Part shown: one piece after another, positions 36,410-49,700 of the stretch
Position numbering within the stretch: the stretch's first letter is position 1
Layout of the letters: each line of letters begins with the position of its first letter
Assembly: GCF_011386835.1 (NCBI RefSeq)
Contig: NC_088815.1
Location: 13,082,001 to 13,146,000 of the forward strand
Origin: Chrysemys picta bellii
Taxonomy: Eukaryota
Reading direction: 5' to 3'
Length of the DNA: 64,000 bases
Program-made: the position numbers and the translations under genes
Notes under the pieces: generated by a model
Seen by the model: only the letters and a program-made list of their open reading frames with translations
What the model was told of the DNA's origin: nothing
Databases searched by the model: none

Positions 36410-37737
36410 GCTGCGACGGGGCGAGCCGCGGTCCGGGTCCGGCTCCAGCGGCGGCTGCTCGCTCTCTATCCGCTTAGCGGCCGGGCCAGGCCGGGCCCGC
36501 CTCCCCGCGCCGGGCCAATGCGGGAGCGGGGCGGGGCGCAGCCAGGTGGGAGCCGGGGCAGGGGACGTCACAGGGGACAGGTGAGGGCGCAGGTGGGACG
36601 GACCAGGAGAGGGTGGGGGAGAGAAGGAGGGCGCAGGGGAGGAGACAAGCGGGGCAGGGGGATGGAGGGGTGGGGGTCCTCTGGGGGGGGCAGGGGACGT
36701 CACAGGGGACAGGTGAGAGCGCAGGTGGGACGGACCAGGAGAGGGCTGGGGGAGAAAAGGGGGCGCAGGGGAGGAGAGGGGGGAGGGCAGGAGAGAAGAG
36801 GGCAGGGGGGTGGAGGGGTGGGGCGGGGTCCTCTTGGGGGGCAGGCCACACGTGGAATGCCAGGAGGGCTCAGGAGAGCAGAGGGGAGGCCCCAGCCGAA
36901 TATACAGAACTAGAGGAGGGTGAGACCGACTGAGCAGCAGCAGCGTCCTGCAAATAAGGATCATCCCAAGCAAACCAGCTCTCTGGCTCGGGAAGCGAGC
37001 CCCTCTGGACAGGGGCTGCCTGCCTGGGAGAGCAGGGCAGGTGGGAGCCAAGGTAGCAGGCGAGGGGAGGGGGAAGAGCCTGACAAAGGGGATGGGGTGC
37101 ACACAGTGATTGCAATGGTAAGATCCTGGGGGCAGGGACGGTCTTTTCGTTCTGTATTTATACAGCGCCTAGCGCAGTGCAGTCCCGCGTCATTACCCGA
37201 GCGCCCTAGGCGCTATCTGGATGCAAAGCAATAATAATAATAAAATATATTTACCAAAATATTTATTACAAAAAGAAAGCCCCTCCCCCACCCTCCAACT
37301 CTTTGTCATCTTCTTTCAATCGCAGACGATGCTCCAGCCCGGCAAACATCATCATAAGAAGCAGAAAACACACACTCGCGCGAGGCTTTTAAAAAAACTA
37401 CAACTCCCATAAGGCTTCGCAGCCAATGAACCGCCGCCTCTCCTCGCAAAGCCCATTGGGGGTTGTAGTTTGTTGGGAGGCGAGGTTGCCGGGCCCGGCT
37501 CCCTGGGCTTGCGGTTGCTATGGCGACCCCGGCTGGGCCGGGGTGTGAACACGTGGCGTGGGGGAGCCCGAGGAACCCTTCCCCGGCCCGGGAGAGAGGC
37601 AAAATCGAGGCCCCGGCTCCAGGCCTAGCGCTAGGCCGCAGATCCGGGGCGGGGGGGTATTTAAGGGCCCCTTGGCGGGGGTGGCCCCGCGTTTTCCCCT
37701 GGGCAGGGGAGACCGGATCCGCGCGCTGGGCGGAGCC
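36410..37737. promoter_or_regulatory. Bidirectional CpG-island promoter shared by REEP6 (-) and PCSK4 (+)
   Basis: The two ATGs (36405 and 37738) diverge 1.33 kb apart. CCAAT boxes at about 36515, 37423 and 37452, GC boxes, and duplicated CRE-like GACGTCA at 36564 and 36696. Confidence 0.75.
36555..36841. repeat. 132-bp tandem duplication in the REEP6/PCSK4 promoter
   Basis: ggggcaggggacgtcacaggggacaggtga(g/a)... repeated; GACGTCA at 36564 and 36696. Confidence 0.85.
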
Positions 37738-40700
37738 ATGTCGGGGGCGGCTGCCTGGCTCCGGCTGCTGCTGCTGGCCGGCGCCTCCTGCTGCTTGGGC
37801 GGGCTCAGCATCTACCTGAGCAGCTGGGCGGTGAGGGTGCCGGCGGGGGCCCGGGAGGCCGAGCGCCTGGCCCGCAAGCACGGGCTGCTCTGCCTGGGGC
37901 AGGTGAGGGGCGGGGCAGGGGGCTGCTCTGGGGAGGGGGGCAGCTGGGGGGGGGGGGTAAATAGGGGCAGGGGGGGCAGAAGAGGGGCAATCTGCCAATG
38001 CCACCCCTAGCCCCAGCAACCTGGTCGTGGAGCAGCGGGTGGAACCTTCTCCCCCTGCCCCACTGAACACCCCCTTCCCATGGGTGGCTGCTCCCCAACT
38101 CTCCCCTTCCCCACACCCCTCCAGTCCTTCCCCATGGATTCAGTCAATTTCCTGTTCCAAACCCCCTTTCCAAGAAATGTGGGGGGAGGTTTCTAAGAGG
38201 GGGGCTGGGGGAGTGACGCATACCCTTCTCCCTCTAAAGACACCCCCACATTTTGTTCCCCAGCTGGAAAAGCTCCTGTTGAGAGCCAGGGGGCCAGGTC
38301 ACTCCTCCACCTGATTGTCTGCAGTGGGAGCTGATGAAAACAGGGCCGGCTCCAGCATTTCTGCTGCCCCAAGCGGGAGGGGAAAAGCTGCGATCGGCAG
38401 CGGCAGGTCCTTCGCTCCTAGAGGGAGTGAGGGACCTGCCGCCCCCGAATTGCCGCAGGTGCCGCCCCTCTCCCTTGGCTGCCCCAAGCACCTGCTTGTT
38501 AAACTGGTGCCTGGAGCCGGCCCTGGATGAAAGGCTGACCTGCTGCCGAAGTTCACACTTCTGATGGTGACCTCACATGGCCTGGATGACTATTCCAGAA
38601 GTGAAACTACTACACTGTACCTAGGACTAAGTAGGAGGCTTCCGGGCCAGCCCTGCATAGGTGCCATTTGATGTTGCAATCTTTGTCTCCTGCCAACCTT
38701 GCCTCTTATTTATCCATTTTCCTCCCCTCACACTCCCTTTTCTCTGCCAGATCTGTATCTGAGAAGCTTTTATCAGGCTCTATTTTTATTTTTAGATGGT
38801 GACATTCTAGCATCATTACCAATTCCTCCTCATGCGGCAGCTCAAGCTAAAAGCATACCCGATGCATATGGCATTGACAACAGATGCAAATGAATCTTTA
38901 AAGAGAGGACCTATTATACAGCAAGGTTGTATAGACTACCACTGGTGTCCAGCCCATTATCTGCACTAACGCTGCCACCAGGAGATTAGTAATGGATGGC
39001 AATTTAAAGAAAAAAAGTTTGGTGCAGACCAGGTCTCTCTCGTTATAGTTGGGCCCATAATTAAGTTTTGGTAAAAAAAAGATTTTACCAAAAAATCCCA
39101 GATTAATTAAAACACTTCCATTAAATTTTTAATAATGTAATAATAATACTAGAAGGGAACACTTGCTTTTCCAAACCCTGCAGTCCATGGCTCTGGTCAG
39201 CATTCCCTGGTCTCTCTGGATGCATTCTCTGCACCTTTTTAGTTATATTTATTTAGTGTTTTAAAACCTAGACGCCCCAGTTGAGATTTGGGGCCTTATT
39301 GTGCTAGGTTCTGTACAAACGTCTAGTAAAAGACCGCTACTGTCCTGAAAAGCTTACAGTCTAAATAGACCAGATGGATAAAGGGTGGGAGGAAGGCAGA
39401 GGAAGTGACTTGCCCAAAGTCATGCACCAGGTTAGTGGCTGAGCTAGGAATAGAACCCAGGGGTCCTGACTCCCAGTCTGGTGCTCTATCCACTAGATCA
39501 TACTGCCTCCCTAGTTTACACTACCTTACCGAACACAAAGCCAGCCTGCCAGTGGACACTCTTATCTGAAAGAGAGCTTTATCGACTTTTAGTTCTAAAT
39601 GGCTGACAGCCATCATCCTGCCATGTATCCCCGTAAATCAATAAGAGATCAAATTCACCACCTCTGCTTATACAACCAGTTTTAGGCCTCGAGAACTCCA
39701 CTGGAGCAGCTGTTTGGTTACAAACGACCTCCCCATCCCTCCTTTTAATCTGATCTTCTGTTATACCAAAACAAGCCCCCAACCGACTTTCCACCTTGAT
39801 TTTTTTTCAGATATTGACCTACCCATCTTCCATGGTGCTTGCTTTGATCATACAGTGGCTTGCCTTCTCCATAAAATTCTGGGCAGGAGGAATGCTGGTG
39901 CTTCCTCCAGCCAGGTGTCCCACTAATTCAATGTCACCTCCCTCAGACCTCGTTCTAAAATCCATTATCTTCTTAGCCCTTTTTCTTTGATTCCTCTCCC
40001 AGTCACTCTCTGAATATGCTCTAGGATTTCTACTTGTCCTTTATTCTAGGTGCTCTACATTGCTGAGACTTCTGAAATAGTGCAACCATTGTCCACCTTC
40101 CATTCACCTTGAGTCTGGGTAGTTGAACATCTGTTTGCCCCTTTTCCACCCTCCGTTGTTTCCTTGGCAGTATGTTCCCTACAAGGTAATGTTTCAGTCG
40201 CCAAACCGACCTTTATCCGAGTGGTGCTTTGCTAAGTAACAACTACTTGTCTTTACCATTGTATAGGGCTGTTTTCAGGGTAACTCAGCCGCATGAATAA
40301 CTTAGTTCTGAGCCGAAACTTGCCACAAAACGTTTTTCTCTCTTAAGCAGAGGCTCTGTGCTTGCCATTAGATATTACAAGGATTTCCTCTTTATCAGCT
40401 CCACCTCTGTGTCCTTCCCTAGCTTTCTCCTGTAGCATCCAAATGGCCTCATAGAATATTTAAAAGGCTGTGCAGATCTTTATCTTGTTTCTCTCCGTCT
40501 TTCGCTTTAAAAGATGTCATTTGCTAACCGATTGTGAAACCAGCTCTCTGGTGTGTTCAGAGCTGGGGATCTTCGGCGGATGCCTGTCCTTTAGGGAGAA
40601 CAAAATTCCATTCAAACTGCCACTCACTGTGGCTTCACCTAGTGCCCCATGACTGAAAAAATGGAAACATGGAGCGACCCACCCCAGTCAGCCAGCAGTT

Positions 40701-43700
40701 GGCAGGTTGATCAGAAACGTTAGCTCTCCATTACTCTGAAGGGAATTCTAAAATGACAAAGGCAAATATAGAAGGGAAATAAACCACCCCACACAACTCT
40801 CTGTTCTGTTTCTATATATTAAAGTATGCCCAGAGGAAGTGCTTATAGCGGAGAAGAGATCTAGCTTGTATACTCAGAGAATGCCAGATCCTGCAGTTTA
40901 TTATGCTGAAAGGCATACATGAGTAATTTTCCTGGTGGCTTCTGGTTGTGGAAAGAGAGAAAGAACTGACAGGAAGGGGATTGCAATGCATGACAGTTTG
41001 TTAGCAAGAGTCAGGCTAACTGTAACCCTAATAACGCAAGATTTGTAGAAACGAGGATTGTGTGAGGCGAGTGGGAAAGAACTGTGTGAGAAGTTGTGGT
41101 GACCTTGTGTAGATAAGATGGAATGTAGACTAGAGTCTAAATAAGTGAGAAAAATAAGATATCAGGATGACCTATGTATAAACAAAATGCAGCTGTTGCT
41201 TATTATTGTCTGTAACAAAAGGTATAAATGCTTGCTGTAATTGTTTACCTGTAGAGAGACCTGCCTAGGAGGGGGAGACCCTGTGTCCTAGTGCACTCTC
41301 TCCCTCTATGCAATTGCTTGAGAATAAAGTATCTGATTTTGCTGCAACCAATCAAAGAGTGAGAACTGCTTTTCTCCGACATGGTTGTCACTCGTGTCAT
41401 AGCCTTGTATATAACTCTTCTTTCTGCAGATAATTGAAGGGGAACACTATTACCATTTCAAACACCGAGGCATGGTACAGGAATCCCTGAACAGACACTG
41501 GGGCTGGCACGTGCATCTGAAAAGAGAGCCCAAGGTGAACCGAGTGTAATTTGTGGTGGAAGCTCAAAAGAACTTCAGCTTGTTAGAAATTGTGTTCGTG
41601 AATTTTATGGCTAGACCAGACCATTGTGAGCATCTAGTTTGGCCTCCTGCATAGCACAGGACAGAGAATATCACTGAGTTACTCCTGCATGGAGCTCCTG
41701 GCTTCTGGTTGAGACGTACCTCAGAGCTAAGGTGGAAGGGGATTGGCCAAGCGATTGGCTTCCATAGTTATGTCTATAAATACTGCAGATCAGACACCGA
41801 TTGAAGGGAGTTGCTGTGCTGTCAAACCAGAATGTGTAGCCTTGAATGCAGGGTCCCACCTACTTTGATAGCTCATCCCTGACAGCGGCCAGTGCTTCAG
41901 AGGATGGCAGAAGAACTAATAGCACGTTACTATACACTGTTTGTTTGGTGGAAGGGCTTTCTTCTTGAGTCCCAGCTTGTGATCAGATCTGAAGCCGAAG
42001 GACCAATAGCCCTTTTATCTTGTCATGAGCAACTGCCAATGTTGTTTTTTTCCTAAAAGTAGTCTTCTAGAGGCAAACCTTGGATGCATTTGCCAACGAT
42101 CTCCTAATTAATTTGATGCCCTGTCAGTTAAAAAGTCTGTAACAGACTTTGGAACTGATTTGGTTAGGAATTGATAGAGGGTCTTTTCTGTTAGTGCTTT
42201 GCAACCACAGACTAAAGCTTCAGGAAATGAGGTCTACTTCGGGGGCTATGGAAAACCTCCAGATGTATGGTTAAAATGGCCCTTCCACCAAGCCGGTAGA
42301 ACACGGAGGTGGAAATGGTATGGGAAATGTTCAATGGGAGGTGAAATCTGTCACTGGGAGTAGACCGGCGAAGAGGAACTTGCTGCTTTCCCTGGCATTA
42401 AGAAGGGTGACTCCTCTCCATCTAGGTCCACTGGTTTGAGCAGCAAACGCTGAAGAGGCGTACGAAAAGAACCATCGCTGTTGTGCCAACAGATCCTTGG
42501 TTCCATAAACAGTGGTACATGGTAAGAATTTGTATTCTGTTACCTCCTCCTGTCTGATCCTCCTCTAACTCTGCTACCGTATCCTCTTGGTTTAACGGTC
42601 CGTGAGGAAGTGCGTTCTAGCATTTAGAGCAGCCAACTGGGTGCCAGGACTCCTGGCTTTTATTCTTCAGCTCTGATTTGCTTGAGGAAGTCATTGCACC
42701 ACTGCATGCCTCATTTTCCTTAGTTGTAAAGTAGGAATAATACTGGTAATAAATCAGAACAATCTCGGTCATTGAAGGTTTTTAAGAGCAGGTTAGCCAG
42801 TCACCTGTCAGGGATGGTTTAGATAATACTTAGTCCTGCCTTGAGTGCGGGAGTCTGGACTAAAAGACCTCTCAAGGTCCCTTCCAATCCTACAATTCTA
42901 TGATTTGTAAAGGTGATTCATAGATCACAGGCCAGAATGGACCTTTGTGCTCAAACCTGGTCTGGCTTTCGTTTCAGAACAACGACGTCCGTCCAGACCT
43001 GAACGTCCTTACGGCTTGGAGCAAGGGGTACACCGGCTTGGGCGTGGTGCTCTCCATCCTGGATGATGGACTGGAGAGAGACCACCCTGATCTGTCTGCT
43101 AACTACGTAAGATCAATCGGACACTATCCAGGCCTCCCAATGTTGTGACCTCCACAGCTGAGTCATTTGGGATCCATCAACTATAGCTAGTTGCTTCTCG
43201 CAGCATATTCCCTGCAAGGAAGAGGAGAAGCTGTGAAAACTTTTATCCTGGTGTGGTGGGGCCCAGCATCTGGATGGCTGGATCAAAAGGCTTAGCCTCT
43301 TCCGTGAGGGAAACTGCCAACGTTTGAAATGGCTTCTATAAAAGAAATATCCAAGACCAAAGAAACATGACGAGATGTAATTAGAGGAAGCTGCATCCCA
43401 GCACGTGTTTAGAAAACGAATGGAGACAGGAGCAATTGAATCTCCTAAATAAGTGATCCTCTATAGTGAACCTCGTACGTCCTCTAAATAGCGTAGAAGT
43501 TGGGTTGACTCCTTCCTCCCAGCCATATCCTCTCCTAGAGAGGCAGCATGGGCTAATTCAGCGGCTCTCAACCTTTCCAGACGACTGTCTCCCTTTCAGG
43601 AGTCTGATTTGTCTTGCGTACCCCCAAGTTTCACCTCACTTAACTACTTGCTTATAAAATCGGACGTAAAAATACAGAAGTGTCCCAGCCACACTAGTAC

Positions 43701-46700
43701 TGACAAATTGCTTCCTTTCTCATTTTGACCATATAGTTATAAAATAAATCATTTGGAATATAAATATTGTACTTGCATTTCAGTGTATAGTCTATAGAGC
43801 AGTATAAACAAATCAATGTCTGGTTGAAATTTTAGTTTGTACTGGCTTTGCTGGGGCTTTTTATGTAGCCTGTTGTAAAACTAGGCAAATATCTAGATGA
43901 GTGATGTACCCCCTGGAAGATCTCTGCCTACCCCCTGGGGTACACACATCCCTTGAGAACCACTGGGCTAATGGACAAAGCACTGAGATGGGATTCAGGA
44001 GGCTTGACTTCTGTTCCTGGCTTTGCCACAGACCTGCTGGGTTATTTTAGCAAGTGACTTTTTACCTCCTTTTGCCTCCATTTCCCCATATTTAAAATGG
44101 GGATAATGACACAGACTTCCTTCGTAAAGCATCAGGTACCCTCACGCTCTGGTCAAAACAGAGTAGCACCAGTTTAACCAAAGGTGTGATTATAAGTAGA
44201 CCTTGTCAAACCAAACACAGATGTGTACATTGATGTAAACCTGTTTTCTATCAGTTTAATTTGCATCTAAATTAAACTGGTGTAACTGGGTTTAAACCAG
44301 AAGAGTGGTCTACAAAGTTGCGCTGGTTAAGTGTGTGTGTGGGGGTGGGGGTGGGGTATGTCTGGGTGGTTGAGGCAGTGACCCAGTGGACTGAGCACAG
44401 GGCTAGGAGCCAGGAATTCCTGTTCTAATCCTGGCTTTGCTACTGAATTACTTTAGGTAATCTTTGTTTTCCTATTATTAAAATAGGGATTAATAGATTA
44501 TTAGGCCAGAAGCAACCACTCTGATCATCTAGTTTGCCCTCCTGTGTAACACAGGCCATCGGATTCCCCTGGATTAACCCCTGGGCTATTGTTATCCGTG
44601 CCCCATAGGCGCACATGGTAACACTTGTGAAGAACTCTCACCATGTGGAGTGCTCTATAGATGCTGATTATTTACCTGGTTGTTGGCTTCGTTCTAGTGG
44701 TTAAAGCGAACGTATAAGGTCCAGTGTAACAAAGACACTGTTTCTAAAGCAGAGTCTTCTCACCTTCGTGTTTCCTCTTGCTTTAGGATCCCCTTGCGAG
44801 TTATGACTTCAACAGTAACGATCCCGACCCACAGCCTCGTTATAACGTCTGGGATGAGAATCGGTGAGTTCCTGCAGCAAATGGGGGTTGTGCTGCTTGG
44901 GGTGGCCAGATCTAAATCCCCTGCCCTGGGGATTTTGTCTCTCTGGTGGTAGAGCTAATCTCCAGGGTTGTCCTTCGGATGCGTCATGAGATTCAGTATT
45001 CGGATGCATTGAGGTGAAGAAGTGGAAGCGAATTCTGTCCCTGAACAATGAAGGACTAGGGTTACAAAGCATGCGTGTTCCTGCGGGGGGACATTCAGGC
45101 ACTTGGATTGGAGTCAGAGGGATTGCCTCAGGATTGCACCTACCTAGGCAGTGACACTAAGCAGCGTCTCCGCTGTAGTGAAGATGTTACGATAGCGGTA
45201 TTGGTCTGGCAGGCTCACCAGTGCGTGTATGCAGGGCGCAATGTACCCCGGAGTGTCCAGTACCTTGAATCCCCAGCTGACTCAAATAGGAGGATCCTAA
45301 CCTTGTGTCTGGCCCCTCCTCCTCTCACGGTGACCAGATGTAATGCTCTGGGACATCAGGCAGGCTGGGTGGCTTCAGTGGGTCTCTCTCATCCCACCTG
45401 CCAGCACTTACTGCACCACTTCCCACGACTTGCACGTGACTGAGTCGTGCCCAAATGGAAAGCGACCCCCAAGGTGACTTAAGGAGGGACCATCCCTGAT
45501 CCAACGGAACATTCCAGGGAGAGGAAGAGCTGCTAGTCAGCATTAGCACGTGCGGTCCCTCATGGCAAGGCCGAGCATATGGGGGAATCTGGCTGTTTGG
45601 CTGGCCGATACGGCTGTGGTGACTCTCGCTCCCTGCCTCTGTCCCTCAGGCACGGGACACGCTGCGCAGGAGAGGTGGCAGCTGCAGCCAACAACCGACT
45701 TTGTGGAGTCGGCGTCGCGTACAATGCAAAAATTGGAGGTAAGCAACCTGCTTTCTTGGCGTGATACTTCCCAGATACCATGGGAAGGGAGGGCCCGAGC
45801 ATGGCCCCAGAACAGGGACTTGGCTGTACAGCAGAAGGGCAGTTCTGGCCTCTCAAACCAAACTCTTGGCTAAAACCGGCTGCAAGTATCCTAAGAGGCA
45901 GCACGGTCTAGTGGATTGAGCTCAGGGCGTGAGGGCAGGAGCTCCGGAGCTCTTAACCCAGCTCCGCCGATTACGTACTGCATGGGCTTGGACGCTCCGT
46001 TAGGACCCGATTGATTTTTATTTTGCAGCCGGAGCAAGTAGTTACAAATCCATTTGAAGCCAATGGGAATTGCAGGTGCTCAGCATCTCTGAACATCTGG
46101 TCCCTTAACCTCTGTGTGTCTGTCTGTAGAATAGCGAAAACCCCGCCCCTGCCTCACCACGCTGCTCTGGCTACGGAGATTGACTGGTTCATGCCTGGGC
46201 ATTGCGCTGAACAGATGCAAAGTGCTCAAGGTTAGGCCGACCTGGCTGAAGCTGAAGCCTTGCGTGACACTAGAGGGAGCTCTTGTTTAGCTGCTGCACA
46301 GGGATTAGAAGAGCTGTTGGCTACATTAGGATTAGGGCCCTACCAAATTCACAGGCCATCTTGGTCAATTTCACGGTCAGAGGATTTTATAAATTGCATG
46401 ATTTCAGCTATTGAAATCTGAAATTTCACTGTTGTCATTGTAGGGGTCCTGACCCAAAAAGGAGTTGGGTGGGGGGAGTCACATGGTTATTGTAGGGGGG
46501 GTTGTGGTACTGCTACCTTTACTTCTGCGCTGCTGCTGGTGTCAGCACTTCCTTCAGAGCTGGGGGCTCGGCCAGCAGCCGCCACTCTCCAGCCGCCCAG
46601 CTCTGAAGGGAGCGCAGAAGTAAGGGTGGCAATACAGCAACGCTCCGTAAAATAACCTTGTGACCCCCCCCCCCCCCCGCAAGTCCCTTTAGTGTCAGGC

Positions 46701-49700
46701 CCCCTAATTTGAGAAACGCTGGTCTCCCCTGTGAAATCTGTATACTACAGGGACCAGATTTCACGGTTTTTCATGGCTGTGAATTTGGTAGGGCCCTGGT
46801 TATGAGGCTAACATGGAGGCTTGCATGCTAATGTCAGCAACTGGAGACGCCGGCCTGACCTGGAGTGGGAGAGGGCTCATGGGCCTGTTAAGGGCAGTGC
46901 TGGCTCGTTGAGACCTCTGACCTAGCCGCCCTCTCTTCCCTGACCCCACAGGTGTGAGGATGCTCGATGGTCCCATCACAGACATTGTGGAGGCTCAATC
47001 CTTGAGTTTCCGCCCCCAACACATCGACATCTACAGCGCGAGCTGGGGCCCAGAGGATGATGGTAAAACTGTGGATGGACCTGGGCTCCTGGCCCTGGAA
47101 GCGTTCTACAAGGGGATAGCGAATGTAAGCGTGGGCTCTGGGGCTTCGTTCCTTTGCTGGCTCGTTACCTCTGGCAGTCAAGGGGGTTTGTGGCTTCTGA
47201 AGGGGGGGATAACGTGGGCTGGAGAGCACAGAACTGGGCACTCTGCTGCACTAGCCCCCCCAGCAGGGCAGCTCTCAGCCAGGCACCTGGGGCCAGTTCA
47301 GGGAGGAATTCTGCTCCCCATGCACGCACGGTGCTGGGTACTTTTTTGCCCTCCACTGACACGTCCGAGCCAGCCTGCTGCTAAAGGCTAAGCTGGCTGG
47401 AGCCTTGGTTTGATCCAGTACGAACAAATGTTGGGTATAATTTTACATGGGACTAGCCCCGCCCTTCCTATTTACTCCCATCCCCCTCCGAAATAGCACC
47501 CTGTATGCATGCTGTCAGCTTAACTACCGTCTATTGTGTTTCCATGGAAACTAGGTCAGCTGTAGCCAGGCCCCAGGAATACCTCCACTTCGAACAGACA
47601 GGGGAGCAGGGAGGAGCCCTGTGGCACGTTAGCACCATATTAACGCCACTGCAACAGGGACTCTGTCCCCACCCCGCAGTGTAACACTGGTCCCTGCTTG
47701 CTCCCCTCCCCACAGGGACGCGGCGGCCTGGGTTCTCTCTTCGTCTGGGCCTCTGGCAACGGCGGCATCCACTCGGACAACTGTAACTGCGATGGGTACA
47801 CCAACAGCATCTACACCCTGTCGGTGGGCAGCGCGACCGAGAGCGGCCGGGTGCCCTGGTACAGCGAGGCCTGCGCCTCCACCCTCACCACCACCTACAG
47901 CAGCGGCATCAAGAGCGAGAAGCAGATCGTGAGTCGTCCCCCCGCCCGTTCCTCTCTCCCCTAGGTTAAGGCTGCACTCCAGGGCCCACCGCAGCAGGGC
48001 CCCAGCCAAGAGGCGGCTCAGCGGTGACCCCTTCTGGCCGACGGGGGAGCAGAGTGATGGCTCGAGAGTTCTGCCCTGAATTTCACTGCTGCTCCTTTAC
48101 CCGCTCAGACCCAGCAGTCGATTCAGCACAGCATGTGTCTCTGCATCTCTCTGAGAAGCCAATCCCACGGCTTCCTCACCTCCCCTCTCTCCCCAGGTGA
48201 CAACTGACCTGCGGCACCGCTGCACCGACAAGCACACGGGCACCTCGGCCTCTGCCCCCCTGGTTGCCGGGATGATCGCGCTCGCGCTGGAGGCCAAGTA
48301 GGTAGAACATGGGTTCACTCTGCACTCCTAAGGCAACGCAGCCGCTACCCCCCAGGGAATCTGCTAGGGCCTCTTTCCAGAGTCACTTAGAACGTCTGTA
48401 GGGATTATGGTCCAAATATGTCCCCATCACCCCGACAAAAGCAAACACAGTAAATAGCTCACGATGACCTGGGTTGCGCAGTCTCCTCTCCAGGGATACA
48501 GTTCAGGGAACCAACGCTAGCGCCCCCTCCCAGCTGTTCAGCTGCCTGCGGGAAACCAGTTGGTGGGTCTCCATCCAGTCTACATGGCTGGGTGTCCAAC
48601 CCACCATCTGCCCTAACTGGCTCCCTTTTGGCAGAGAAGCCAAGGACTGAATGAACCACAGATGGTCTGCTATTAACCCTGTAACGTGGCCTCTCCAAAG
48701 CACTGGTGACCAAGCTGGGACTGTCTGGAGAAAGCTTGCCCATGCTCTACCTGCTGTGTGGATGAGCAGAAGCCACCTGCCCCCTCTCACCAGCCCCAGA
48801 GTCACCTCAGCCTTTTGATGCAGGAGACCTCTTTCCCAAAGTCCTCCTTGTCTCTAGCCCAGTGCTGACCTGGCGCGATATGCAGCATCTCGTGGTGAGA
48901 GCCTCCAAACCAGCCCACCTGCAGGCAGAAGACTGGGCCTTGAACGGAGTCGGACGCAAAGGTGAGGCTGCGTGTTAGATCTTTACTCAGTGCAAATTGC
49001 TACCGGGATCCTAGTTACTTCTGCCATGGTATTTAAAAGAACAAGAGGCAGCAATAAGCTCCCATGAGTCACGGCTTCGCAGTCCCGTGTTGGGGCTCGA
49101 TCCTACCCTGGGCTGGTGTCTCTGTTTTTCAGTAAGCCACCATTACGGCTATGGACTCCTGGATGCTGGCGATCTGGTGGACCTGGCCAAGAAGTGGACT
49201 ACGACCAGGCCCCAGAGGAAGTGTTCAGTCAAGGTTGTCTACGCGCCCCTGTAAGAGAAGAAATCCCGTTGGAATCCGACCCCTTGTGTAGCGCGTTGTG
49301 GGGGAAATCCTGGTAGAAAAGCCTTTCTGTGCACAAAGCAGGAGCTGGGAACCACTTCCCGAGGACATTTTCGCAGGGAAATGAGACCTTGGGATGGAGA
49401 CCAGGTTCCCGAGTATGGGCTGGATACTTACAAATGCCACAGCACTTCAGGAGCTCCTGCTGTTGCAGTTCGGTGCGGGTGTTAAAGGGGGTGGCAGCAA
49501 AGATTAGTGATTGCCTGTCCCCCAGATTCATGGGGGCAAGAGCTGGGTCACTGGGGGGGTCCTCCCCCAGAAAAATAACCCTGCCCACAAAGAGTGATCC
49601 CCATCCTCTGCTTGGACCCTATGAACTTCTATCCCAAAGCCCTGCTCTGCTCTAGCTCCGGTTTGCTGGACACGCCTGACCTGATGCTGTTCCTTTGTGG

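Noticed and set aside
39560-40400. Short ORFs with an endonuclease-like DLLLIYGD motif
   Set aside because: Probably a decayed LINE fragment; too degenerate to classify by eye.
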